Shown here: piece by piece, positions 1-11,361 of the stretch
Numbering within the stretch: position 1 is the stretch's first letter
How the letters are laid out: every line of letters begins with the position of its first letter
NCBI RefSeq assembly: GCF_024502345.1
Contig: NZ_JALDNN010000001.1
Length of the DNA: 64,000 nucleotides
Direction: 5' to 3' (one strand)
From: Escherichia coli
Lineage (GTDB): Bacteria > Pseudomonadota > Gammaproteobacteria > Enterobacterales > Enterobacteriaceae
Notes under the pieces: generated by a model
Database searches by the model: none
What the model was told of the DNA's origin: nothing
Seen by the model: the letters and a program-made list of their open reading frames with translations, nothing else
Position numbers and translations under genes: made by a program

Positions 1-764
1 GGATGCGGCAAAATACCCATCGGGATGCCATAAATCATTTCGAGGGTTTCGCCGCGCATAATTTCCGCAGGCGTTCCCTGAGCAATCATTTCACCACCGC
101 GCAGGGCGACCAGATAATCACAGTAGCGTGCCGCCATATTGATATCGTGCAGCACGGCAATGACCGTCAGGCCACGTTCCTGACTTAAACGGTGCACCAG
201 CGCCAGCACATCAACCTGGTGGGCGATATCCAGCGCCGAAGTCGGTTCGTCGAGCAACAGACAACGGCTATCCTGCGCCACCAGCATGGCGATCCACGCC
301 CGCTGACGTTCGCCGCCAGAGAGACTATCGACCAGCCGATGCGCCAGCGGTTTTAAGCCAACCAGCGAGATAGCTTCCTCGACCTTTTCGCGATCTGCCG
401 CACCAAAGCGCCCCAGCGCGCCATGCCACGGGTAACGACCAATCGCCACCAGTTCACGCACGGTCATCCCTTCTGCCGGAGGAAGCTGCTGCGGCAAATA
501 AGCCACTTTGCGGGCAAACGCTTTGCTGCTCCAGCTTTCCAGCGGCTGGGCATCAAGAAGAATCTCCCCTTCTGACGGAGGCTGATGACGGCCAAGCATT
601 TTGAGCAGAGTGGATTTACCAGAACCGTTGTGACCAATCAGACCGGTCACTTTCCCGGTAGGAAAGGTTAACGACAGCGGATGCAAAAGCGTGCGCCCGG
701 GCACACGAAAGGAGATATTACGCAGTGCAAAAGTGGTATCGGAATGATTCGTGTATTCCTGCAT
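1..764 (-). CDS. fhuC: Ferrichrome ABC transporter ATPase FhuC (3' end cut by window edge)
   Basis: Minus-strand translation from ATG at 762-764 gives Walker A (GHNGSGKST), ABC signature (LSGGERQRA) and Walker B (LLLDEPTSALD); position next to fhuA matches K-12 synteny. Confidence 0.9.
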   Translation of the reverse strand, partial: MQEYTNHSDTTFALRNISFRVPGRTLLHPLSLTFPTGKVTGLIGHNGSGKSTLLKMLGRHQPPSEGEILLDAQPLESWSSKAFARKVAYLPQQLPPAEGMTVRELVAIGRYPWHGALGRFGAADREKVEEAISLVGLKPLAHRLVDSLSGGERQRAWIAMLVAQDSRCLLLDEPTSALDIAHQVDVLALVHRLSQERGLTVIAVLHDINMAARYCDYLVALRGGEMIAQGTPAEIMRGETLEMIYGIPMGILPH

Positions 765-814
765 AACAGCCAACTTGTGAAATGGGCACGGAAATCCGTG
801 CCCCAAAAGAGAAA

Positions 815-3004
815 TTAGAAACGGAAGGTTGCGGTTGCAACGACCTGACGTTCTGCGCCCCAGAAGCAGCCATAAGTCTGGAAGCAACTGGCAACATACT
901 CACGATCGAGCAAATTGTTGACGTTCACAGCAAGGCTGGATCCCGCCATACCAAAGCGTGCCAGATCATATTTTACAACAGCATCCATTACAGCTGCGCT
1001 ACCCACTTTAAAAGTGTTTGCCGGATCACCATAGCTGGAACCAATAAAACGACCACCTGTTCCCAATGTTAAACCAGAAAGCGGCCCTTCATTGAAGGTA
1101 TAATCCCCCCAGAGAGATGCCATATGCTCCGGTACTTGTTCTGGAGTTTTACCTTTGAGATTGGTGTCTTTGGTGTATTCCGCATCGGTGTAGGTATAAG
1201 AAGCCGTCAAGTTAATATTGGCATTTAACGCCGCTTTTGCTTCAAGTTCCACACCACGAGCGCGAATCTCACCTGCTGGGACTTGCGCTAATGGGTTTGT
1301 TGGGTCTGCTGTCAGGTTATTTGTTTTCGTCAATTGATAGACTGCGCCCGTAACAACGACCGGCATATCATTCGGAACATATTTTACGCCAGCTTCATAC
1401 TGTTCACCTTTCGATGGCTTATAGGAAATGCGCGGGTTGCTCCACAGATCGAAAGCACTCGGTTCAAAGGACTGGCTATAGCTAAAGTAAGGTGAAATAC
1501 CATTATCGAATAAGTAATTTACACCACCGCGCCAGGTGAACTGATGATCATTGCGCTCAATATAACCTTCAGTCGGCGTATAAGAGTTTTCACGAACAGT
1601 GGTCGCTTGCTTAGACCAATCGTAGCGTCCCCCCAGAGTGAATACCCATTTATTCCATTCCGCCTGATCCTGAACATAAATACCTGTTTGTTTGCTTTCA
1701 TTCATCTGGTATGGCTCTGCGCTACCAAATGCAAAGTATTCAGGGTGATATTTGTTATAAAGATCGATGGATGGTGCGGATCCAAAGCTGGCATTGATAT
1801 CATTACGCATCCGCATGAAGTCTACCCCTGTCAGCAAAGTATGCTCGACGTCACCTGTAGCAAACTTACTTTCAAGTTGGGTATCAACGCTAAAGTTTTG
1901 TAGACGCTCATTATCCACCACTGTCCCGCGGTTTAGGGTATGACCATCACCAGCAATCCCTGTGCCATAAACACTTTTCTGTGAGGTTTTCATTTCACTG
2001 AAACGCAGATTCTGACGCACGGTGAAGGTGTCATTAAAACCATGTTCAAAACTATATCCCACCATTTTCTGGTTACGGGAGTATGTATTATTCGATGCAC
2101 CTTCATTGAAGTCAGTCGGTAGACGCTTACCATTAGGCAATGGCTCAACGGTCCCCTCTTTCGGCAACCAACCGTAATAACCCGTTTCTGGTTCATTCTG
2201 GAAATAGGACAGGAAAGTAAAATTGGTTTTGTCGTCTGGACGCCATGAGAATGATGGAGCAATGGTATAACGCTGAGATTCAGAGTTTTTCTGCTGTTCG
2301 TTTGTTGAGCGAGCGAGGCCCGTCAAACGGTAAGAGAACTCACCGTTATCATCCAGTGCATCACTGAAATCGAATCCGGTCTGAAACAGATTATCCGTCC
2401 CCATTTTAAACTGAATTTCTTTCAGGGGTTCAGTGGTCGGACGTTTACTCACCATAGAAATAATCCCACCAGGATTACTTTTTCCATAGAGAACAGACGT
2501 CGGCCCACGCATCAGTTCAACCCTCTCGAGCATGTAAGGATCAATCACAGCATCGTTATAAAAGTTGCCCTGAAGTTTTAGTCCATCAAGGTAATTATTT
2601 TGATTCAGACCAACAGATGAGAAACCACGAATGATAACAAAATCATATGTATTAGAAGCACCACGACTGCTAACCGTAACGCCAGGTGTATAACCTAATG
2701 CTTCTTTTACAGACTGAAATTGATGCATCTGCATCTCTTCATTTGTCACAACCGAAATAGACTGCGGCGTTTTTTCAATTGGTGTATCCGTTTTAGTCGC
2801 AGTAGCAGAGTGCTTCGCCGCAATAGTTGCAGCAGGCCCCCATGCGCTTTCTTGCGGCGCAGGTGCAGCGGTAACGGTGATAGTGTCTTCTTTCGGTTCA
2901 ACCGCTGCCTGTGCATAAACAGACATGCCGCTAACCGCTGTGGCTACTACAACTGCGATTTTACGCAGTGAGTGTTTTGGCTGAGCAGTTTTGGAACGCG
3001 CCAT
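815..3004 (-). CDS. fhuA: TonB-dependent ferrichrome outer membrane receptor FhuA
   Basis: 729-aa ORF with signal peptide (MARSKTAQPKHSLRKIAVVVATAVSGMSVYAQA), TonB-dependent receptor plug and barrel, C-terminal aromatic ending ATFRF; K-12 synteny. Confidence 0.9.
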   Translation of the reverse strand: MARSKTAQPKHSLRKIAVVVATAVSGMSVYAQAAVEPKEDTITVTAAPAPQESAWGPAATIAAKHSATATKTDTPIEKTPQSISVVTNEEMQMHQFQSVKEALGYTPGVTVSSRGASNTYDFVIIRGFSSVGLNQNNYLDGLKLQGNFYNDAVIDPYMLERVELMRGPTSVLYGKSNPGGIISMVSKRPTTEPLKEIQFKMGTDNLFQTGFDFSDALDDNGEFSYRLTGLARSTNEQQKNSESQRYTIAPSFSWRPDDKTNFTFLSYFQNEPETGYYGWLPKEGTVEPLPNGKRLPTDFNEGASNNTYSRNQKMVGYSFEHGFNDTFTVRQNLRFSEMKTSQKSVYGTGIAGDGHTLNRGTVVDNERLQNFSVDTQLESKFATGDVEHTLLTGVDFMRMRNDINASFGSAPSIDLYNKYHPEYFAFGSAEPYQMNESKQTGIYVQDQAEWNKWVFTLGGRYDWSKQATTVRENSYTPTEGYIERNDHQFTWRGGVNYLFDNGISPYFSYSQSFEPSAFDLWSNPRISYKPSKGEQYEAGVKYVPNDMPVVVTGAVYQLTKTNNLTADPTNPLAQVPAGEIRARGVELEAKAALNANINLTASYTYTDAEYTKDTNLKGKTPEQVPEHMASLWGDYTFNEGPLSGLTLGTGGRFIGSSYGDPANTFKVGSAAVMDAVVKYDLARFGMAGSSLAVNVNNLLDREYVASCFQTYGCFWGAERQVVATATFRF

Positions 3005-3042
3005 TGGTATATCTCTGATGTAAAGTGAATGATAACGTAAAC

Positions 3043-3076
3043 GAGAATGATTATTATAAAGATAAGATAATATTCG
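3043..3076 (-). promoter_or_regulatory. Putative Fur box(es) in the fhuA promoter region
   Basis: AT-rich GAGAATGATTATTATAAAGATAAGATAATATTC upstream of fhuA resembles the Fur consensus GATAATGATAATCATTATC (partial match, judged by eye). Confidence 0.4.
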
Positions 3077-3181
3077 AAACGCTGGCGGGTTCGCAAGCGG
3101 TACGCAATCTGAGCGTTCCTGAAGGGTTAATAAACAACCAGATGAAAAGAAAGGGTTAATATCTTAGATGGGATGTTATTT

Positions 3182-3208
3182 TACCGGATGGCAACTCGCC
3201 ATCCGGTA
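3182..3208 (-). terminator. Stem-loop downstream of mrcB (likely intrinsic terminator)
   Basis: Inverted repeat TACCGGATGGC ... GCCATCCGGTA just after the mrcB stop. Confidence 0.5.
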
Positions 3209-3223
3209 TTTCACGCTTAGATG

Positions 3224-5758
3224 TTAATTACTACCAAACATATCCTTGATCCAACCGGCTACACCGTCTCTGTCTTTCTGCTCTTGCTGAGCAGGTTGCT
3301 GTTGCGGCTGTTGCTGCGGCTGAGAAGACTGATCAAACGGATTGCCTGACGGCTGCTGCTGCATCTCACTCTGCTGGCACAGCGATTGCGGATCGCTGGT
3401 CCAGACCGGCAAGACACGCATGCCACCGCTGCAAACAAAGTTGCCGTCGTAGTCCACGCCCATATCTGCAATATCTTCTGGCGGAACAAGATTCAGCGGC
3501 GTTGGCGTCTGGTTAGCCAGATAACGCTGATAAATCGACATTGCCCCGCTGGCTCCATACAGTTTGGTCGGCTGGTTGTTATCACGGCCTACCCAGGTGA
3601 TGGTCACCGTGCTGCCGTCAATGCCTGCAAACCAGGTATCTACGTTATTGTTGGTAGTCCCTGTTTTCCCTGCCAGATGCAGGTTCGGGTATTTCGCCCC
3701 AAGCTGACGACCCGTACCACGTTGTACCACCTGCTGCATGGTCCATAGTGTCAGATACGCCGCCTGCGCCGGAACAGCGCGTTCTGCCTGCGGGAAGCTC
3801 TGATACAGCACCTTGCCATCTTCCGCGATTACCGAACGCAGTGCAGAAAGCGGTGCACGGTTACCACCGCTGGCGATGGTCTGGAACGCCTGCGCCACTT
3901 CGATTGGCGTTAAGTTCAACGCCCCCAGCAGCATCGCCGGAACCGGATGCAGCTGATCTTTCGGTACGCCCAGTTTGATCCAGGTATCCGTAACTGCAGG
4001 CAGCCCCAGCGCCATCCCCAGATTTACCGTCGGCACGTTCATCGAACGGGTCAACGCATCCACCAGCATCACTCTGCCGCTTTCGCTATAACGACGGTCA
4101 TCGTTCTGCGGTGACCAGACCTGGCCATTCGGCTGACGCAGCGCGATTGGCGCATCGGCAATCCACGTGTTCAGGCGATAGATTTTCGGCTGGCTTAAAG
4201 CCGTCAGATAAGTCGCTGGTTTTGCAAGGGAACCAATCGAACGACGCGCCTGCATCGCACGGTTGTAGCCCGCAAACTGCGGCTCAGAACCTCCGACCAT
4301 CGCACGAACTTCACCACTAAAGCGGTCGACGACCACAATCGCAGTTTCAAGATCGCTCAACTTACGCTGTTTCTTCAGTGCCGGAATGCCTTCCACGGCG
4401 GCTTTTTCTGCCGCGTCCTGGGCCACCGAGTCAAAGGTAGTGAAGATCTTCACGCCGGAGAGATCTTTTACCTTATCGCCCAGTTTTGCCTGCAGCTCCT
4501 GACGCACCAGTTGCATAAAGGCTGGCTGAGGAGAGATCACCCCACCGCGCGGCTGAACCCCCAGCGGACGGGCACTCAACATGTCATAGAGTTCTTGATC
4601 AATAATCTGTTGCTGTTGCAGCAGACGCAGCACCAGATTACGTCGCTCCAGCGCCAGTTTTGGGTTACGCCACGGGTTGTAGATGGACGCCCCTTTCACC
4701 ATACCGACTAACAGCGCCTGCTGGTCGAGGCTTAGCTCTTCTACCGGGCGACCAAAGTAATACAAGCTTGCCAGCGGGAAGCCGCGGATTTCGTTGTCGC
4801 CGCTCTGACCGAGATACACCTCGTTCATATACAGCTCAAGAATACGGTCTTTGCTGTAACGCGCGTCCATGATCAGCGCCATGTAAGCTTCGTTCGCTTT
4901 ACGCCAGTAAGAACGCTCGCTGGAGAGGAACAGGTTTTTCACCAGCTGTTGCGTCAGCGTACTCGCACCCTGTACCGTGCGACCTGCGGTCAGGTTTGCC
5001 AGCACCGCACGTCCGATGGAGTAGAGGCTGATGCCGTCATGCTCGTAAAAATGACGGTCTTCTGTCGCCAGCAAAGTATCCACCAGCAAATCCGGGAAAC
5101 CACTGCGCGGCACAAACAGACGCTGCTCACCGTTTGGCGAAGAGATCATGGTGATCAGACGCGGATCAAGACGGAAAAAGCCGAACTGACGGTTGTTCTC
5201 CATATTGACGATCGTCGCCAGATGATCACCATCAAAGGTCAGACGCGCACGCACCTGCCCTTCTTTACTGTCCGGGAAATCAAACGGACGGCGGATCATC
5301 TCAATGCTGTTGGCCTGCACGGTAAATTCGCCAGGACGGGTCATTTTCGACACCTGGCGATACTGGGTCGCCTCCAGCAGCTTCACCATCTCGTTCTTGC
5401 TGATGGTCATGTCTGGCTCAAGGTTGACCATTCGGCCATAAACTGCCGCAGGCAGTTGCCAGACCTTGCCATCAATACGGCTACGAATTTTTTGATCGAG
5501 ATAAACGCCGTAAATGGCGATCAGCACGGCAAAAACGATAGCCAGTTTTAACAGCAGCCATAGCCAGCCGCGTTTGCCACGAGGCTTACGCCCTTTGCCT
5601 TTGCCCTTACCTTTGCGCGGCATCGGTTCTTCATCCTCATAGTCATCATAATCGTCGTAATCATCGTCATCTTCGTAACGACGACGGCTTACCTTTTGTT
5701 TGACCGGACGCGTCGGTTTCCCTTTGCGTCCAATTGGCTCGCGGTCATTCCCGGCCAT
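3224..5758 (-). CDS. mrcB: Penicillin-binding protein 1B (bifunctional glycosyltransferase/transpeptidase)
   Basis: Translation matches PBP1b: acidic [16 protein letters not shown]-terminal region, transmembrane helix, transglycosylase and transpeptidase regions ([13 protein letters not shown]). Start taken at MAGNDREP, inside the longer listed ORF. Confidence 0.9.
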   Translation of the reverse strand: MAGNDREPIGRKGKPTRPVKQKVSRRRYEDDDDYDDYDDYEDEEPMPRKGKGKGKGRKPRGKRGWLWLLLKLAIVFAVLIAIYGVYLDQKIRSRIDGKVWQLPAAVYGRMVNLEPDMTISKNEMVKLLEATQYRQVSKMTRPGEFTVQANSIEMIRRPFDFPDSKEGQVRARLTFDGDHLATIVNMENNRQFGFFRLDPRLITMISSPNGEQRLFVPRSGFPDLLVDTLLATEDRHFYEHDGISLYSIGRAVLANLTAGRTVQGASTLTQQLVKNLFLSSERSYWRKANEAYMALIMDARYSKDRILELYMNEVYLGQSGDNEIRGFPLASLYYFGRPVEELSLDQQALLVGMVKGASIYNPWRNPKLALERRNLVLRLLQQQQIIDQELYDMLSARPLGVQPRGGVISPQPAFMQLVRQELQAKLGDKVKDLSGVKIFTTFDSVAQDAAEKAAVEGIPALKKQRKLSDLETAIVVVDRFSGEVRAMVGGSEPQFAGYNRAMQARRSIGSLAKPATYLTALSQPKIYRLNTWIADAPIALRQPNGQVWSPQNDDRRYSESGRVMLVDALTRSMNVPTVNLGMALGLPAVTDTWIKLGVPKDQLHPVPAMLLGALNLTPIEVAQAFQTIASGGNRAPLSALRSVIAEDGKVLYQSFPQAERAVPAQAAYLTLWTMQQVVQRGTGRQLGAKYPNLHLAGKTGTTNNNVDTWFAGIDGSTVTITWVGRDNNQPTKLYGASGAMSIYQRYLANQTPTPLNLVPPEDIADMGVDYDGNFVCSGGMRVLPVWTSDPQSLCQQSEMQQQPSGNPFDQSSQPQQQPQQQPAQQEQKDRDGVAGWIKDMFGSN

Positions 5759-5854
5759 GCTTTTTCTCCGCAATATTCAGGCGCAAAAGCCCGATTTTCT
5801 GTTCTTCTGTTGCAAGACAGAAGAAGATATCTCTCAAAATTTGTGCTCGATCGG

Positions 5855-5945
5855 TCCCCTCTCCCTTGAGGGAGAGGGTTAGGGTGAGGGTGAACGTGCG
5901 CGCTGATGCCCTCACCCCGGCCCTCTCCCACAGGGAGAGGGAGAA
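5855..5945. repeat. Intergenic palindromic repeat cluster (REP/BoxC-like) between mrcB and hrpB
   Basis: Nested inverted repeats CCCTCTCCCTTGAGGGAGAGGG, GGGTGAGGG...CCCTCACCC and CCCTCTCCCACAGGGAGAGGG; non-coding. Confidence 0.6.
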
Positions 5946-5953
5946 AACCAACC

Positions 5954-8428
5954 TTACGAATACTTTTTCGTCCGTCGCGTCGGTGCCGTGTTTGCCGGGT
6001 CGTCCGGCCAGACGTGTTTGGGATAACGCCCTTTCATCTCCTTTTGCACCTCACGATACGCCCCTTTCCAGAAGGCCCCCAAATCACGCGTGATTTGCAG
6101 CGGCCTTTGGGCAGGGGAAAGCAACTCCAGCACCAGCGGCACGCGCCCCTGGGCGATCGTCGGATTGGTGGCCTCACCAAACATCTCCTGCATTCTCACC
6201 GCCAGCGCGGGCGGGTTATCTTCATGATAACGAATGGCGATCCGGCTTCCCGTCGGCACAGTGTAATGCGCAGGCAATTCACTATCCAGACGTTGCTGCA
6301 TTCCCCAATCAAGTAATCCGCGTAGTGCCTGATAAATGTCGAGTGATTTCAGGCCGCGTAGTGAATGCACGCCGGTCATATGTGGCAGCAGCCACGTTTC
6401 CAGCGTCGCCAACAAACTTTCATTATCAACCGCAGGCCAGTCATATTCCGGCAACCACTTTGCGGCGCATAACAAACGCAAGCGTAGCTGTTCCGCTTCC
6501 GCCGTCCAGTTGAGCATGCTTAAACCTTTATCACGAATGCCATTAAGCATCGCCTGATGCAACTCGTCTTCCGAGGGTTTCGCCAGCGGCTGCACTTTCA
6601 CCGTCAGCAGACCGATTTGCAGCCGACGCCAGGCTTTCAGCGTACCTTGCGCGTCATCCCACTCCACAGTGTCAGACTGCTGTACCAGCTGCGGGCAGCG
6701 TTGTACTAACTCATCAATATCGACCGGCAGCGCCAGTAAAATCCGCGCATCCGGCGAGGCGCTGCCCTGCAATAATAACGGTGCGATCAACCATTCGTGG
6801 CGGCTTAGCGCGTCGTCGGCATCGAGCATCGCTCCCATGCCGTTTGCCAGTTGATAGCGTCCATTTTGCCCACGGCGATGAGCAATGCGATCGGCAAACG
6901 CCCCGGCAAGTAGCGGCGCGATAAGCGAACTGTCTGCCTCACCGCCGCGTACGTTTAAGCGTTTTAACAGTTGCTGACTACGTTGCTGCCAGGCTGGTTG
7001 ATTGCGCGAAAACGCCACGCCCAGGTCACTATTGCCCATCCGTGGCGGCTCTTCGAGAATGGCGGCAATTTTTGCCGCGGTAGCAGCTTCGTCGTCGTTC
7101 TTCGCGCTAACCAGCATTGCCGCTAAACGCGGATCGTTACCCAGCGCTGCCATTTTTTGCCCTTGCGCACTAAGCCGTTCACCCTCCAGTGCCCCCAGCA
7201 TTTGTAACAGACGTTTCGCGGCCAGTAGATTCACTACTGGCGGTTGATCCAGCCAGCTCATCTGCGCCGGATCGCTGCATCCCCATTGCAGTAATTCCAT
7301 CAGCAAACCGGAAAGATCGCTTTGTAAGATCTCCGGTTCACTTTGCGCCGCGGCGCGTTCTGCTTGTTCTTTGGCGATTAAATGCAGGCTGATACCCGGC
7401 TCCAGACGCCCGGCGCGCCCGGCACGCTGCGTCATGGATGCCTGGCTAACGCGTTGAGTAATCAGTCGCGTAAGCCCCGTGCGCGGATCAAAACGCGCCA
7501 CACGCTCCTGGGCACAATCCACCACCAGACGAATACCTTCAATGGTTAAACTGGTTTCAGCAATATTGGTCGCCAGCACCACTTTGCGCATCCCTTGCGG
7601 TGCCGGGAGGATCGCTTTTCGCTGATCGTTCAGCGACAACGCGCCATACAGCGGGCAGAGCAACACATCACTGCCGATGCGCGAAGCCAGTTGTTCCTGC
7701 ACACGCTGAATTTCTCCGACGCCAGGTAAAAATAACAGTAATGATCCGCTTTCCTGACGCAGCATTTCGGCGGTGGCTACCGCAACGGCTTCGTCAAAAC
7801 GCTGATGCGCGGGCAGCGGTAAATAATGGCGTTCAACCGGAAACGAGCGCCCTTCTGAGATGACGACGGGCGCTTCTGGCAGCATTTGCTGCAAGCGGTC
7901 GTTATCCAGCGTAGCCGACATAATCAGCAGTTTAAGGTCATCACGCAGACCTTGTTGCACATCGAGTAACAGCGCCAACGCCAAATCCGCCTGCAAGCTG
8001 CGCTCATGAAATTCATCGAGGATCACCAATCCAACACCGCTCAGTTCCGGGTCACGCTGGATCATGCGCGTCAGCACGCCTTCGGTAACCACTTCCAGGC
8101 GGGTATTCGGCCCGACGCAGTTTTGCGCACGCATCCGGTAGCCAACGGTATCGCCTGGCTTTTCGTTAAGCAGCTCCGCCAGTCGTTGCGCGACGTTACG
8201 CGCCGCCAGACGACGCGGCTCCAGCAGGATAATTTTCCCGTTAATGCCGGGATGCGCCAGCAGTTGCAGCGGCAGCCAGGTTGATTTCCCGGCCCCGGTC
8301 GGCGCACTTAATAATACCTGCGGCGCACAATCGAGAGCGGTAAGTAATTCAGGTAAGACGGCAGCAACGGGCAACGACGACACAAAACGCTCCAGAGGGT
8401 TAACATTCTTCGCGCCACATTGTAGCAT
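5954..8428 (-). CDS. hrpB: ATP-dependent RNA helicase HrpB (DEAH-box)
   Basis: Walker A GAGKST, DEFH motif (ILDEFHERS), helicase C-terminal motifs; K-12 synteny. True start may be a few codons inside the listed ORF. Confidence 0.9.
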   Translation of the reverse strand: MLQCGAKNVNPLERFVSSLPVAAVLPELLTALDCAPQVLLSAPTGAGKSTWLPLQLLAHPGINGKIILLEPRRLAARNVAQRLAELLNEKPGDTVGYRMRAQNCVGPNTRLEVVTEGVLTRMIQRDPELSGVGLVILDEFHERSLQADLALALLLDVQQGLRDDLKLLIMSATLDNDRLQQMLPEAPVVISEGRSFPVERHYLPLPAHQRFDEAVAVATAEMLRQESGSLLLFLPGVGEIQRVQEQLASRIGSDVLLCPLYGALSLNDQRKAILPAPQGMRKVVLATNIAETSLTIEGIRLVVDCAQERVARFDPRTGLTRLITQRVSQASMTQRAGRAGRLEPGISLHLIAKEQAERAAAQSEPEILQSDLSGLLMELLQWGCSDPAQMSWLDQPPVVNLLAAKRLLQMLGALEGERLSAQGQKMAALGNDPRLAAMLVSAKNDDEAATAAKIAAILEEPPRMGNSDLGVAFSRNQPAWQQRSQQLLKRLNVRGGEADSSLIAPLLAGAFADRIAHRRGQNGRYQLANGMGAMLDADDALSRHEWLIAPLLLQGSASPDARILLALPVDIDELVQRCPQLVQQSDTVEWDDAQGTLKAWRRLQIGLLTVKVQPLAKPSEDELHQAMLNGIRDKGLSMLNWTAEAEQLRLRLLCAAKWLPEYDWPAVDNESLLATLETWLLPHMTGVHSLRGLKSLDIYQALRGLLDWGMQQRLDSELPAHYTVPTGSRIAIRYHEDNPPALAVRMQEMFGEATNPTIAQGRVPLVLELLSPAQRPLQITRDLGAFWKGAYREVQKEMKGRYPKHVWPDDPANTAPTRRTKKYS

Positions 8429-8456
8429 CGCGGTAATTCATAACCGAGTGCCTCAC

Positions 8457-9706
<1,250 letters not shown>

Positions 9707-9883
9707 TAAAGTAAGTAACTGGTTAATTTACATTCTGGTCGCGTGCGCAAATACGCTTTTCCTCACACAGTTGTCAAGTGTTACGTTTAGATAATTGCTA
9801 TCCGGAAAAGCATCTGCTATTTATAGCGGCCTCATTTTTCCCCCGAACATGGGGATCGATAGTGCGTGTTAAGGAGAAGCAAC

Positions 9884-10339
9884 ATGCAAGAAGGGCAAAA
9901 CCGTAAAACATCGTCCCTGAGTATTCTCGCCATCGCTGGGGTGGAACCATATCAGGAGAAGCCGGGCGAAGAGTATATGAATGAAGCCCAGCTGGCGCAC
10001 TTCCGTCGTATTCTGGAAGCATGGCGTAATCAACTCAGGGATGAAGTCGATCGCACCGTTACACATATGCAGGATGAAGCAGCCAACTTCCCGGACCCGG
10101 TAGACCGTGCAGCCCAGGAAGAAGAGTTCAGCCTCGAACTGCGTAACCGCGATCGCGAGCGTAAGCTGATCAAAAAGATCGAGAAGACGCTGAAAAAAGT
10201 GGAAGACGAAGATTTCGGCTACTGCGAATCCTGCGGTGTTGAAATTGGTATTCGCCGTCTGGAAGCGCGCCCGACAGCCGATCTGTGCATCGACTGCAAA
10301 ACGCTGGCTGAAATTCGCGAAAAACAGATGGCTGGCTAA
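9884..10339 (+). CDS. dksA: RNA polymerase-binding transcription factor DksA
   Basis: C4 zinc finger ([26 protein letters not shown]), coiled-coil region; start at MQEGQNRKT inside the listed ORF. Confidence 0.95.
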   Translation: MQEGQNRKTSSLSILAIAGVEPYQEKPGEEYMNEAQLAHFRRILEAWRNQLRDEVDRTVTHMQDEAANFPDPVDRAAQEEEFSLELRNRDRERKLIKKIEKTLKKVEDEDFGYCESCGVEIGIRRLEARPTADLCIDCKTLAEIREKQMAG

Positions 10340-10367
10340 TTACAGCCGTTCCATCACGTTTACCACA

Positions 10368-10396
10368 GGCGGGAAATGCTCCCGCCTTATTTTTTG
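10368..10396 (+). terminator. Rho-independent terminator after dksA, immediately upstream of gluQ
   Basis: GGCGGGA-AATGC-TCCCGCC stem-loop followed by TTATTTTTT. Confidence 0.7.
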
Positions 10397-10405
10397 TTCA
10401 AAGAG

Positions 10406-11302
10406 ATGACAGACACACAGTATATTGGCCGCTTCGCCCCCTCTCCTTCCGGCGAGCTTCATTTTGGCTCTCTGATCGCCGCGCTCGGCAGCTATTTGCA
10501 GGCTCGCGCCCGGCAAGGTCGCTGGCTGGTACGCATAGAAGATATCGACCCGCCTCGTGAAGTTCCCGGTGCCGCAGAAACTATCCTGCGCCAGCTGGAA
10601 CATTACGGTCTGCACTGGGACGGCGATGTTCTCTGGCAATCGCAACGTCACGACGCCTATCGTGAAGCACTCGCCTGGTTACATGAACAAGGACTAAGTT
10701 ATTACTGCACCTGTACGCGTGCGCGTATTCAAAGCATTGGCGGTATTTACGACGGTCATTGCCGGGTGTTGCATCATGGACCAGACAATGCCGCAGTGCG
10801 TATCCGCCAGCAGCATCCGGTCACGCAATTTACTGACCAGCTGCGCGGCATTATTCACGCCGACGAAAAACTGGTACGGGAAGATTTTATCATTCATCGC
10901 CGTGATGGGTTGTTCGCCTACAACCTGGCTGTTGTGGTTGATGATCATTTCCAGGGCGTTACAGAAATAGTGCGTGGGGCTGATCTGATTGAACCAACAG
11001 TAAGGCAAATCTCGCTGTACCAGCTTTTTGGCTGGAAAGTGCCAGATTACATTCATCTGCCGCTGGCGCTTAATCCACAAGGCGCTAAACTTTCCAAGCA
11101 GAATCATGCGCCTGCGTTGCCGAAAGGCGATCCACGCCCGGTACTAATCGCGGCACTTCAATTTCTGGGGCAGCAGGCAGAAGCACACTGGCAGGATTTC
11201 AGCGTCGAGCAAATCCTTCAGTCAGCCGTCAAAAACTGGACGCTGACCGCCGTGCCCGAGTCGGCAATTGTAAATTCAACATTCTCAAATGCGTCATGCT
11301 GA
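10406..11302 (+). CDS. gluQ: Glutamyl-Q tRNA(Asp) synthetase (GluRS paralog)
   Basis: Class I aaRS HIGH-like motif ([10 protein letters not shown]) and glutamyl-tRNA synthetase catalytic-domain similarity; start at [10 protein letters not shown]. Confidence 0.85.
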   Translation: MTDTQYIGRFAPSPSGELHFGSLIAALGSYLQARARQGRWLVRIEDIDPPREVPGAAETILRQLEHYGLHWDGDVLWQSQRHDAYREALAWLHEQGLSYYCTCTRARIQSIGGIYDGHCRVLHHGPDNAAVRIRQQHPVTQFTDQLRGIIHADEKLVREDFIIHRRDGLFAYNLAVVVDDHFQGVTEIVRGADLIEPTVRQISLYQLFGWKVPDYIHLPLALNPQGAKLSKQNHAPALPKGDPRPVLIAALQFLGQQAEAHWQDFSVEQILQSAVKNWTLTAVPESAIVNSTFSNASC

Positions 11303-11361
11303 GCTATGATTAGCCGCTATTTTTTTGTCCTGAATGATGTTTGACACTACCGAGGTGTACT

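Noticed and set aside
5689-6316. Several 60-136 aa ORFs spanning the mrcB-hrpB junction
   Set aside because: They run through the palindromic repeat and the ends of mrcB and hrpB; Pro/Arg/Gly-rich translations reflect the repeat, not genes.
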